Source: Candidatus Heimdallarchaeum endolithica
GTDB taxonomy: Archaea; Asgardarchaeota; Heimdallarchaeia; Heimdallarchaeales; Heimdallarchaeaceae
Direction: 5' to 3'
Length of the DNA stretch: 32,000 bases
Assembly: GCA_021513715.1 (NCBI GenBank)
Contig: CP084167.1
Coordinates: 2,085,555 to 2,117,554, forward strand
Part shown: piece by piece, positions 24,753-32,000 of the stretch
How the letters are laid out: each line of letters begins with the position of its first letter
Position numbering within the stretch: the stretch's first letter is position 1
Made by a program: the position numbers and the translations under genes
Notes under the pieces: generated by a model
Told to the model about the DNA's origin: nothing
Seen by the model: the letters and a program-made list of their open reading frames with translations, nothing else
The model's database searches: none

Positions 24753-27446
24753 TTAAATTATGTTTTCTTCTTCAATTTCAAGCTTATCCATATTCAAATT
24801 TTCTAGCTTGTTAATTCCTAGTTCTTTTATTTTTTTTAATGAACTATGGGGTAGTTGCTTAAGAACATAGAAGCCTTTAAACATTTCTCGTTCCAAAAAA
24901 ACGTATGTTTTAAAATTTTTACCAAAAGCGTAAATAGGGACATGAAAGGAATAGGAATATAATTTTTTTAAGATAGTCCACTTGCTCGTTTCTATCTGTG
25001 TTTTCTTTTTAATTATTTTTGCAATGCTATTGGTACTTTCATTTTTGCTTTCAAATGGGAGAACCCAATTATCTTTGTTTGTTCTATCAGCAATTAGTGC
25101 ACCTAATGCTTTTTCGATTTCATCATCACCAAATTCTTTCATTACGTCAGGTATCAGTACTTGAATTCCTGCCATGCGCCTAAAAACGGTTTGCGCTTGA
25201 CTTTTCTTCTCCGCGGAGAAATATTTTAACCATTCAAGTGTCTCCTCTATTTTTTCTTCATAATATTCTCTAAGCGTTCTACCATTAATCTTCGCTTTAA
25301 AGACTTGCTCTATTATTTCTCTTTCATTTTCATAATTTAGTATCCCCTTTTTCTCATATTTTTCTAATACTTCAATCGTTTTATTTAGCATTATCTCTGG
25401 TTGGTAAATAGCTTTGGTTCCTTTGTCTATTCCAGTATAGATGTACACATTCGGAGTTGATTCTTTGTAGTCACTTTCTCTGTTCCTATAAATACGCCCC
25501 CATCTTTGAATTTGTGAGTCTACAGGAGATATTTCAGTAATTAATATATCAAAGTCCACATCAACAGATGCTTCTACCATTTGTGTAGAAATAAGTATTA
25601 AATGCTTCCGATTTTTTAAATTATTCTTTATTTTTGATATTCTCTTACTCTTTTCTTTTTCAATTATTCTAGAATGCAAAAGTTCTGCATATATTTTATG
25701 ATTTTTAAACGTTTCATATAAACTAATAGCTTTTCCTACATTATTAACAATAATAAGGACATTTTTATCAGGATTAGTTGTCAGTATCTTATTTAACTTT
25801 CGGAAAGAATCTTTTGAAACAAAGTAGGATGGGTTATTGTCTTTAGAATCGTAATTAAAGAGCAAATCATCGATTAATTGAATCTTATGTCTTCTGAGGG
25901 AAAAGTTCTTTATTGATTTTTTATCAGAGATATCTTCTTTAAGATCAATGAGTGTAAAATCTAGATTTATTTCTTGTGTATTTCCTTTGTTTTTAAACAA
26001 AAACTTTCGAAAGTATGGAGGAAATGTTGCTGTGATAATAAGTATTTTACCACTTAATTTATTTATTATCTCTAATGTTTTTATAATTATTGCAGCCATC
26101 TCTGGATTATAAGCTTGAATTTCGTCAATAATTACTGTACTGGTTGGATAAAGAGAAAGAACTTTATCGAAACCATAATATTTCAACGATGTTAGAAAGA
26201 TCTGATCAGGTGTTGTTAACAAAACAGGGGTAGAAAAAAGTTTAGCAGAAAGCATTTTGCAATTTATATCTATCTTCTTTCCTTCTTTTTCTTCATCCAA
26301 ATATTCCATAAATGATGTAGAATGGAGGATACCCAAGTATTTTTCATCAAAATAGTTAATTTCTGCTTTTTTTCCATTTTTTGCTATTTTAAACTCTTGA
26401 AATCGAGTAAATAAATCATTTAATGCAACACGTAAAGGGAGTGTATAAATTACCTTTCGTCCTGACTTTTTGGCCCATAATAAAGCAAATTCTGTTTTAC
26501 CAGACCCTGTAGGAGCAACTAAGACTATGTTTTTTTTAGAATGGTCTATTTTTGCAATGATCTCTTTTTGCCATATTTTTTCTTTGTTTGTTATTAATTT
26601 AATGGCTTTTGATATTTCCACCTCTAACTGCTGGAAAACGGTTTCTATACTTGATATCTCTTCCACGTTTATCTGACCACTGGCCCCATAATCACATCGT
26701 CTTAAACACCCTAGAAAAACAAAAAAGGAGTAATCGGGCTTTTCATTGTCAATTTCATATAATTTTAATTCTGTTGTTAAACCATACCCTTTCTTGATTT
26801 TTTGCAACAATTTCGTCAATCTTATAAATCCTGGTTCTATCTCGTTTAGTAAAGCATTACTTATGTGTTCACCTAACAATTCTTTTTGTTTTTCTATAAG
26901 TGCAATTAACAGCGATTTGATTTGATTGTTGTTTTTAATAATAAATTCTATGAATTTCTCTATTTCTGGATAATTATCAATTATATAACGTATATTCTTT
27001 TCTTGTTTAACATAAAAATCATTGTAGTGATGAAGTAAAATGGCTGTTCGAATTTTTTGATTTCTTTCATCATTATTTAAAAAAATAAGAGAAAAAATCA
27101 CAGAAAGAATTTCATGATCCTTTACTTTTTGATCAGTTAGTTCTTTAAAGAATTTCTTGACACTTAGCCATTCTTTTTCTTTTTTTTCTGCGTATTTAAA
27201 GACCAATCCTTGAAAATAGGGATTGATTTTGCCAAGATCATGAATAAAAGCAGCTTTTACTAAATCTTCGAGGAAAAAATCACTTTTTATTTCTTTGAAA
27301 TCTATTACATTTTCATTTGCTTTGATAAACTCATGTAATTTTTTTACTTGATATATAATATCTTGTGTGTGTTCCCATAAAAGATATCTTTTTTGATCTT
27401 TTGATTTTGCTCTTAAAACTTCTATTAATTCCAATTTTATAACCAC
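24753..27446 (-). CDS. cas3: Cas3, fused HD nuclease + DEAD/DEAH helicase
   Basis: HD motifs FIHDLGK and LLHHYNDF. Helicase motif I LVAPTGSGKTE and motif II IIDEIQAY. 897 aa. Confidence 0.93.
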   Translation of the reverse strand: MVIKLELIEVLRAKSKDQKRYLLWEHTQDIIYQVKKLHEFIKANENVIDFKEIKSDFFLEDLVKAAFIHDLGKINPYFQGLVFKYAEKKEKEWLSVKKFFKELTDQKVKDHEILSVIFSLIFLNNDERNQKIRTAILLHHYNDFYVKQEKNIRYIIDNYPEIEKFIEFIIKNNNQIKSLLIALIEKQKELLGEHISNALLNEIEPGFIRLTKLLQKIKKGYGLTTELKLYEIDNEKPDYSFFVFLGCLRRCDYGASGQINVEEISSIETVFQQLEVEISKAIKLITNKEKIWQKEIIAKIDHSKKNIVLVAPTGSGKTEFALLWAKKSGRKVIYTLPLRVALNDLFTRFQEFKIAKNGKKAEINYFDEKYLGILHSTSFMEYLDEEKEGKKIDINCKMLSAKLFSTPVLLTTPDQIFLTSLKYYGFDKVLSLYPTSTVIIDEIQAYNPEMAAIIIKTLEIINKLSGKILIITATFPPYFRKFLFKNKGNTQEINLDFTLIDLKEDISDKKSIKNFSLRRHKIQLIDDLLFNYDSKDNNPSYFVSKDSFRKLNKILTTNPDKNVLIIVNNVGKAISLYETFKNHKIYAELLHSRIIEKEKSKRISKIKNNLKNRKHLILISTQMVEASVDVDFDILITEISPVDSQIQRWGRIYRNRESDYKESTPNVYIYTGIDKGTKAIYQPEIMLNKTIEVLEKYEKKGILNYENEREIIEQVFKAKINGRTLREYYEEKIEETLEWLKYFSAEKKSQAQTVFRRMAGIQVLIPDVMKEFGDDEIEKALGALIADRTNKDNWVLPFESKNESTNSIAKIIKKKTQIETSKWTILKKLYSYSFHVPIYAFGKNFKTYVFLEREMFKGFYVLKQLPHSSLKKIKELGINKLENLNMDKLEIEEENII

Positions 27447-28300
27447 CCAAAGTCATTTACTATTGGAAAAGTTTCTAATTTTTTATCCAAATTAATGTCA
27501 CAAAATTCTACCTCTATAGGACTTTGTAAAATAAGACTATGATCAGGACTGATGTATATAACTTCTTTAAACTCTGCACGCCTGTAAGTTTCCTTAGTTA
27601 TTTGCTTTTTAGATTCAACTGGTTGTCCATTATTTTCAAAAATTACCTTAGTTGGTACAAAAAATACAGGAAATTTCAGATTTTTGATAGGAAAATTTGT
27701 TCTAGTTATAAAAGTAGGATAATGTAATTTAATATCACCTTCAATTATCTCTTTTTCAACAGATTCAACAAAATTAACAGATCTGATGTAAGCAATATCT
27801 TCTCCCCGGCCTAGACTTAATACCTTTTTTGTTTTTTCCAGTGATTCAGCAATTTCCTTTATCAGCATAAGTTGCTCTCTTTTTCCTTTTTTTCCTGCTT
27901 TTATAAAAATAAATAGATGACCATTAAATAGTTCTTGTACATAGATTGGTGTTCTTTGAGCTGTTTGACCATATCCATAAAGAGGTATAGGTTTGTTCTT
28001 ACTTGCTTGCTTGTTTACTAGCATATTCCGTTCCTTATCAATATACACTTCACCTCTGATGCTATGCTGATAATTCCAAAAAGAGCTCTCAAAACCGCCA
28101 AAAATTGCAATTTTTAACTCCCACCAAGTTTCAATTCCTTGAATATGCCCGTACCAATCATTACAAGCATTTTGTAACATACCAATAATCGCTGACTTAG
28201 GGGGTAAGGGAAAGCTTTGCGCATAATAAAAAGTAAAGGGATTTCTATAGAGCGCAAAGGGTTGAAATATTTCAATGAATAATATTGCTTCTTCTGTCAT
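27437..28300 (-). CDS. cas5: Cas5
   Basis: N-terminal FALYRNPFTFYYAQSFPLPPKSAIIGMLQNA. Position between cas7 and cas3. Overlaps cas3 by 10 nt. Confidence 0.85.
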   Translation of the reverse strand: MTEEAILFIEIFQPFALYRNPFTFYYAQSFPLPPKSAIIGMLQNACNDWYGHIQGIETWWELKIAIFGGFESSFWNYQHSIRGEVYIDKERNMLVNKQASKNKPIPLYGYGQTAQRTPIYVQELFNGHLFIFIKAGKKGKREQLMLIKEIAESLEKTKKVLSLGRGEDIAYIRSVNFVESVEKEIIEGDIKLHYPTFITRTNFPIKNLKFPVFFVPTKVIFENNGQPVESKKQITKETYRRAEFKEVIYISPDHSLILQSPIEVEFCDINLDKKLETFPIVNDFGWL

Positions 28301-28338
28301 ATAATCCCTTTTTTTATTTTTAAAGCAAAATGAGGATG

Positions 28339-29370
28339 CTAATTCCTATTTTTTGCTTCATGTTCTTCAGCAACAAATTCAGGTTCTACTTCTACTGAAC
28401 TTCTTTTGTATCCATATAATTGAGAAATATTTTGTGGTACAGTTGTGTCATCTTCTAAAAATTCCTCTACTTTGTTCAATATATCGTCAAATTGTGCGTT
28501 AATAATCTGTTTATTACGATCAATATCAACAATAAATTTTGGAGCTTCTTTCTCAATAATTTGATGTTCAATCTCATTCATAATAGTACCATCCTCTTTT
28601 TCGATTTTTCTTTCATTTGTAATTACTTTATATACATTTGATTTACTTATTTCAATCTTATCCATATAAGTTTCATACCTTGCATCGTTATAAAGCCCCA
28701 CAATCATCAGCCAGGGTGAAAGATTTTCCATGCGCCCTTTAATTTCCCTTTTAAGTGTAAATATTGTTTCTAATAATTGTTTAATTCTTTCATTTTTTTC
28801 TTGTTCATCAATCCTGAATTGATCTCCATCTTCGTCTAAGATTCCTATTCTATTTACATCTATAACTAAATTATATACATAGAAATCCTTTTTTTCTTCG
28901 GAAGTGAAAGGATTACTACCTTCGCCTCCAGCTCGTTTCATAACGTCTAGATTTGCCAAAAATTGTGTATCAAAGTTGAATGGTGTCATAGAAATAGCAT
29001 GTGAAATTTTAACAGGAGATACACGAGTAGTTGCACCTTCAGAACTACCTTTTTTGGCAATCATAAAACCAAATAAATCAAATTCTGGGAAGCCTAGGAT
29101 TTCTGAATCCTTAAGTAGTTGATTATTAGGACAAACTACACCTCCTTTAGTATTAGTTAATTGATCTGGTCCGGCTAATTTCCACTTATTTGGAAAAAGC
29201 TTGTTTCCATGGTGTAAGATACTGTACCGAAGAGCATAACGGCTAACCAATACATATTGGCGACCATCCCATTTTGTTATTTTTTTTAGTTCTTGATAAT
29301 TTCCTGAGCCTTGGTCATAATTCAAGGAATTACCATAGAATACTATATCTACTACAATATATTTACTCAT
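28339..29370 (-). CDS. cas7: Cas7 (type I-B backbone subunit, DevR/Csh2-like)
   Basis: SLNYDQGSGNYQELKK and VSRYALRYSILHHG N-terminal signature, 343 aa. Confidence 0.88.
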   Translation of the reverse strand: MSKYIVVDIVFYGNSLNYDQGSGNYQELKKITKWDGRQYVLVSRYALRYSILHHGNKLFPNKWKLAGPDQLTNTKGGVVCPNNQLLKDSEILGFPEFDLFGFMIAKKGSSEGATTRVSPVKISHAISMTPFNFDTQFLANLDVMKRAGGEGSNPFTSEEKKDFYVYNLVIDVNRIGILDEDGDQFRIDEQEKNERIKQLLETIFTLKREIKGRMENLSPWLMIVGLYNDARYETYMDKIEISKSNVYKVITNERKIEKEDGTIMNEIEHQIIEKEAPKFIVDIDRNKQIINAQFDDILNKVEEFLEDDTTVPQNISQLYGYKRSSVEVEPEFVAEEHEAKNRN

Positions 29371-29653
29371 CTTTTTCTTTCTCCTTTAAATTTTTACTGT
29401 TTGTGTTATATGTATTCATTATTCCGATGATTATTGAATAAGCGTAATTGGGAAAAACCTCTTTTGGCATTAAATCATAAGTTGAATTTAGTTGTTCAAT
29501 CAGTTTACTAAGTTCTTTTTTTGGCTGGTTAATTGCTTTTAAAAGAACATAAAAGAATCGTGTTTGGTCATTTGCCTTCACAGTATCCAGAAGAGTGTAA
29601 ACTAATTTTTGCTTATAGTTGTCTGAAACATCCGTAAAAGATTTTTCAGTCAT
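29363..29653 (-). CDS. 96-aa helical ORF between cas8 and cas7: candidate stand-alone small subunit (Cas11-like). Function unproven.
   Basis: Overlaps the cas7 start by 8 nt (translational-coupling geometry). Size and position match the small-subunit slot. No motif recognised. Confidence 0.5.
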   Translation of the reverse strand: MTEKSFTDVSDNYKQKLVYTLLDTVKANDQTRFFYVLLKAINQPKKELSKLIEQLNSTYDLMPKEVFPNYAYSIIIGIMNTYNTNSKNLKEKEKDE

Positions 29654-29745
29654 TGTTCTTAACTTACGTAATTCAATTTTTGTTTTTTTATTACCATAAA
29701 CTTTTTGCCAGTAAATTTTTTTAACCTCCTTCTCACTATTTTTTA

Positions 29746-31383
29746 TTATTTAATTAATTGTAATATAATAATCAAAGCATATTCTTGCCAAGAGTGCTCA
29801 TTCAGCACTACTTTGTCAAATAGCCATTTGTTTATTTTTTTCAACAATTTTTTTGAATCTTTTTTGTTACATTCGTTTAATTTTTTTAGCAAATAATTTA
29901 AAAAGTAGATTTTTTGCTTTTTCAGTAAGATATGGATTAAATCCGTAGAAAGTTTCAATTTCTCATCTTTTGGGATCAAAGAAAGTATCAAACTAGAATA
30001 ATAAGAAGAATTTCTGATTTCTTCGTTTATGTCTCTTACCAAGAAATTATAATCGCTAAAAAAATCTTTTGAGAATAAACGTTTTTCATTTTTTAATTCA
30101 CGAATTATTGCTTCGATTATTAAAGAATAAAGAGATGAACTAAATCGAAAAATTTTATTTGAAGAATCAGTGATGCACAAGAGACAATGTTGTAAAATTA
30201 GCGGATAAAGAGGTCTTCCACTAATAAATTCTCTTAAAAGCCATTTTTGTTTGTATTTTTTCTTGATTTTTTGATACTTTAAATAAATATTGATGTTTGA
30301 TCTTATTTTATTATCTAACAATATACTTGCATGAAGCTTTGAAATTCCAATATAGTTTACGGATTGTATGTTTTGCTGATTGTCGACGCCGTCATGTTCT
30401 ATGACATACATATTTTCTAATGAAAAAATACTTTTTTGTTCAAACATGTAATCTAAAATACTGTTCCATGTCACTTTAAGAACGTCCTTATTACGATCCT
30501 TTTTTTCCAGTCTATTTAGCGATAGCCGAATACTTTTGTTAATATGGTAACTACTGTGTAGGTTGTTTGTATAAAATAATATAAATTTAGGTTCAAAAAA
30601 ACTGGTAAAGGCAATAGGAAAACAAAGTAAATAAATAATCACAGATTGTTCAAACAGTTCATTAAAATCATCTAGCGTTTGTATTTTACAATATAGAATA
30701 TTCAAAGCTTCGCTTTCTGCAAACATAAACTTTGAAATAGTTTTATCTAAAGCATTAGGGGTATCACTACCTTTAATTTTAGTTCTATAAAGCATATCTT
30801 CAAAGGCGAGAAAGACATCACTTTCTTTCCCTTTTTTGTTCTTTGAAGGGTTACAGAAAGGTAAATTTAAAAAAAATGGTTCTGTAAAGATTATACCAAC
30901 ATTTTCTATTTTTTTCAATACATTAGGACTTGTTTTAGAGCCAAAAGAATTTTTAAGATCACATTCAAATTCAGAAAAACTTTCTTTGATTTCGTCTTTA
31001 AAGTGATTATTAATATCAATAATAGCTTGTCGAACTTCATTTGGCGATTGAAAAGAAGAGGGGACATTTTTATAACTTAACAATTCCTTTTGTAAATTCC
31101 TTTTCATCTCTTCAAAATGTTTCTTTTTTGTTTTACTTTTACTAGCTAAATCTTGCTTATTTATCCATTTTATTGCGGTTTCCTTAATATAATATAAAAA
31201 ATAAGCATAATAGAATTTCTCTTTATAAAGTGGTTGACTAATTATTTTGTCAAAGCTTTCACCATAAACATCTTCAATTAAAAAGATATATCCTAAGATC
31301 CCTGCGTCTATATACCAATTACCAGTAAAAGATATTTGTTCAGTAGAATTATTTTTCTTTTCATCATGAATGATAACTGTCAT
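29746..31383 (-). CDS. cas8: Cas8-like large subunit (assigned by position and size)
   Basis: 545 aa, located between cas6 and cas7. N-terminal FTGNWYIDAGILGYIFL. No catalytic motifs recognised. Confidence 0.65.
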   Translation of the reverse strand: MTVIIHDEKKNNSTEQISFTGNWYIDAGILGYIFLIEDVYGESFDKIISQPLYKEKFYYAYFLYYIKETAIKWINKQDLASKSKTKKKHFEEMKRNLQKELLSYKNVPSSFQSPNEVRQAIIDINNHFKDEIKESFSEFECDLKNSFGSKTSPNVLKKIENVGIIFTEPFFLNLPFCNPSKNKKGKESDVFLAFEDMLYRTKIKGSDTPNALDKTISKFMFAESEALNILYCKIQTLDDFNELFEQSVIIYLLCFPIAFTSFFEPKFILFYTNNLHSSYHINKSIRLSLNRLEKKDRNKDVLKVTWNSILDYMFEQKSIFSLENMYVIEHDGVDNQQNIQSVNYIGISKLHASILLDNKIRSNINIYLKYQKIKKKYKQKWLLREFISGRPLYPLILQHCLLCITDSSNKIFRFSSSLYSLIIEAIIRELKNEKRLFSKDFFSDYNFLVRDINEEIRNSSYYSSLILSLIPKDEKLKLSTDLIHILLKKQKIYFLNYLLKKLNECNKKDSKKLLKKINKWLFDKVVLNEHSWQEYALIIILQLIK

Positions 31384-31570
31384 TAGACAACCAAAAATAA
31401 ATAAAGAGATAATTATTTAAACTTACCTTATTTAAAATAAAGGTAGGGTCTAGTTTTCCTTCCTGTTGTACGTAAAAAAGAGGTAATTAGGCGGAGACTC
31501 TTAATTATTTATTTTGTAGAAAATTAAAGCCCACTTTAAAATGCAATTATACCGATTTATTAAATTTAAA

Positions 31571-32000
31571 CTATTTTTTTAAATTAACAAAACCAAAACC
31601 CATAGTATTTCGTTCTCCAAAACCCGTATCAAGGCCAAATTTGATTAATTTATATTGAAAATCATCTACATAGCTCCACTCAAATTCCCACATAGTTGCA
31701 GCAAATTTATGTCCTTCACCATGTATGAATAGTTTATTATAAACAGTTTTTTTATAAGAAAATTGCTCAAAAATATCAATATTTTGGATATAGGTTTTAT
31801 AAAAATGATTATATTTTTTAATAAGATTTTCTGAGAGTTGTTTAAGAAAAGCGTGAAAAGGGTAGTGTGGTCTCCAATAAACATATCTCCTTTTTCTTTC
31901 TTTTTCGGGAATTTGATACTCGTCATATTTCTGTTCAGGTATTCGTATTATTATGGGGGTTGATGAAACAATGTGGATATTTCGTCTTGGTAGAACAATG
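31571..32000 (-). CDS. cas6: Cas6 endoribonuclease, C-terminal 143 codons (5' end lies beyond the window)
   Basis: Hand translation of the minus frame ending in TAG at 31571-31573: ...RRYVYWRPHYPFHAFLKQL...LFIHGEGHKFAATMWEFEWSY...KFGLDTGFGERNTMGFGFVNLKK, which contains the Cas6 glycine-rich loop. Open to position 31999. Missing from the ORF track because it has no start codon in the window. Confidence 0.85.
   Translation of the reverse strand, partial: IVLPRRNIHIVSSTPIIIRIPEQKYDEYQIPEKERKRRYVYWRPHYPFHAFLKQLSENLIKKYNHFYKTYIQNIDIFEQFSYKKTVYNKLFIHGEGHKFAATMWEFEWSYVDDFQYKLIKFGLDTGFGERNTMGFGFVNLKK

Noticed and set aside
22972-29122. + strand ORFs inside cas2, cas1, cas3, cas5 and cas7 (22972..23169, 23914..24102, 24982..25164, 26470..26676, 26609..26797, 27539..27727, 28904..29122)
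   Set aside because: They are antisense to motif-supported cas genes.
29705-29896. 63-aa ORF (+)
   Set aside because: It overlaps the 3' end of cas8 in antisense and has AT-rich junk composition.
31666-31926. 86-aa ORF (-)
   Set aside because: It is on the same strand as the Cas6 reading frame but in a different frame, with low-complexity I/L/K content. The Cas6 frame has the diagnostic G-rich C-terminus.

Overview
AT-rich archaeal chromosomal segment: archaeal-type rpl11, spt5 and secE, and five tRNA genes that all encode CCA, three with anticodon-loop introns. All calls come from reading the sequence and ORF translations and from motif recognition. No database search was possible, and all counts are hand counts. 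Layout: (i) 1-1420 holds an orphan 3-repeat mini-CRISPR array, a ~720-bp polypurine tract with a hidden codon-like 3-nt phase, tRNA-Leu and an intron-bearing tRNA-Glu. (ii) 1630-6990 holds two tandem cassettes. Each starts with a tRNA-Pro 3'-end fragment (att-like), then a near-identical 191-nt upstream block and a paralogous secreted beta-helix surface protein. The series ends at the intact tRNA-Pro. Cargo includes a membrane protein interrupted by one in-frame TAG and a ParA/MinD fragment lacking Walker A. No integrase is visible. (iii) 7150-16350 holds a membrane-anchored HExxH metalloprotease, a PlsY-like acyltransferase, ADP-forming acetyl-CoA synthetase, a Roadblock/LC7 protein, a solitary Eco57I/TaqI-type N6-adenine methyltransferase, spt5, secE and rpl11. 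(iv) 16700-19600 holds a stand-alone Cas4/RecB-like nuclease bracketed by two intron-bearing tRNA-Gly genes, a 79-bp tandem repeat, and a BioD/CobQ-like P-loop gene abutting the CRISPR trailer. (v) 19627-32000 is a complete type I-B-like CRISPR-Cas locus on the minus strand: cas6 (5'-truncated by the window edge and missed by the ORF track), cas8, a 96-aa ORF, cas7, cas5, cas3 (HD+helicase), cas4, cas1, cas2, leader, and a 47-repeat/46-spacer array with several duplicated spacers. The items I consider most worth follow-up are the phased polypurine tract, the tRNA-Pro-anchored tandem surface-protein cassettes, and the extra genes around the I-B locus (separate small-subunit candidate, second Cas4-like nuclease, trailer-adjacent P-loop NTPase, inverted mini-array). 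Lineage (possibly a small-genome or DPANN-like archaeon) is only an inference.
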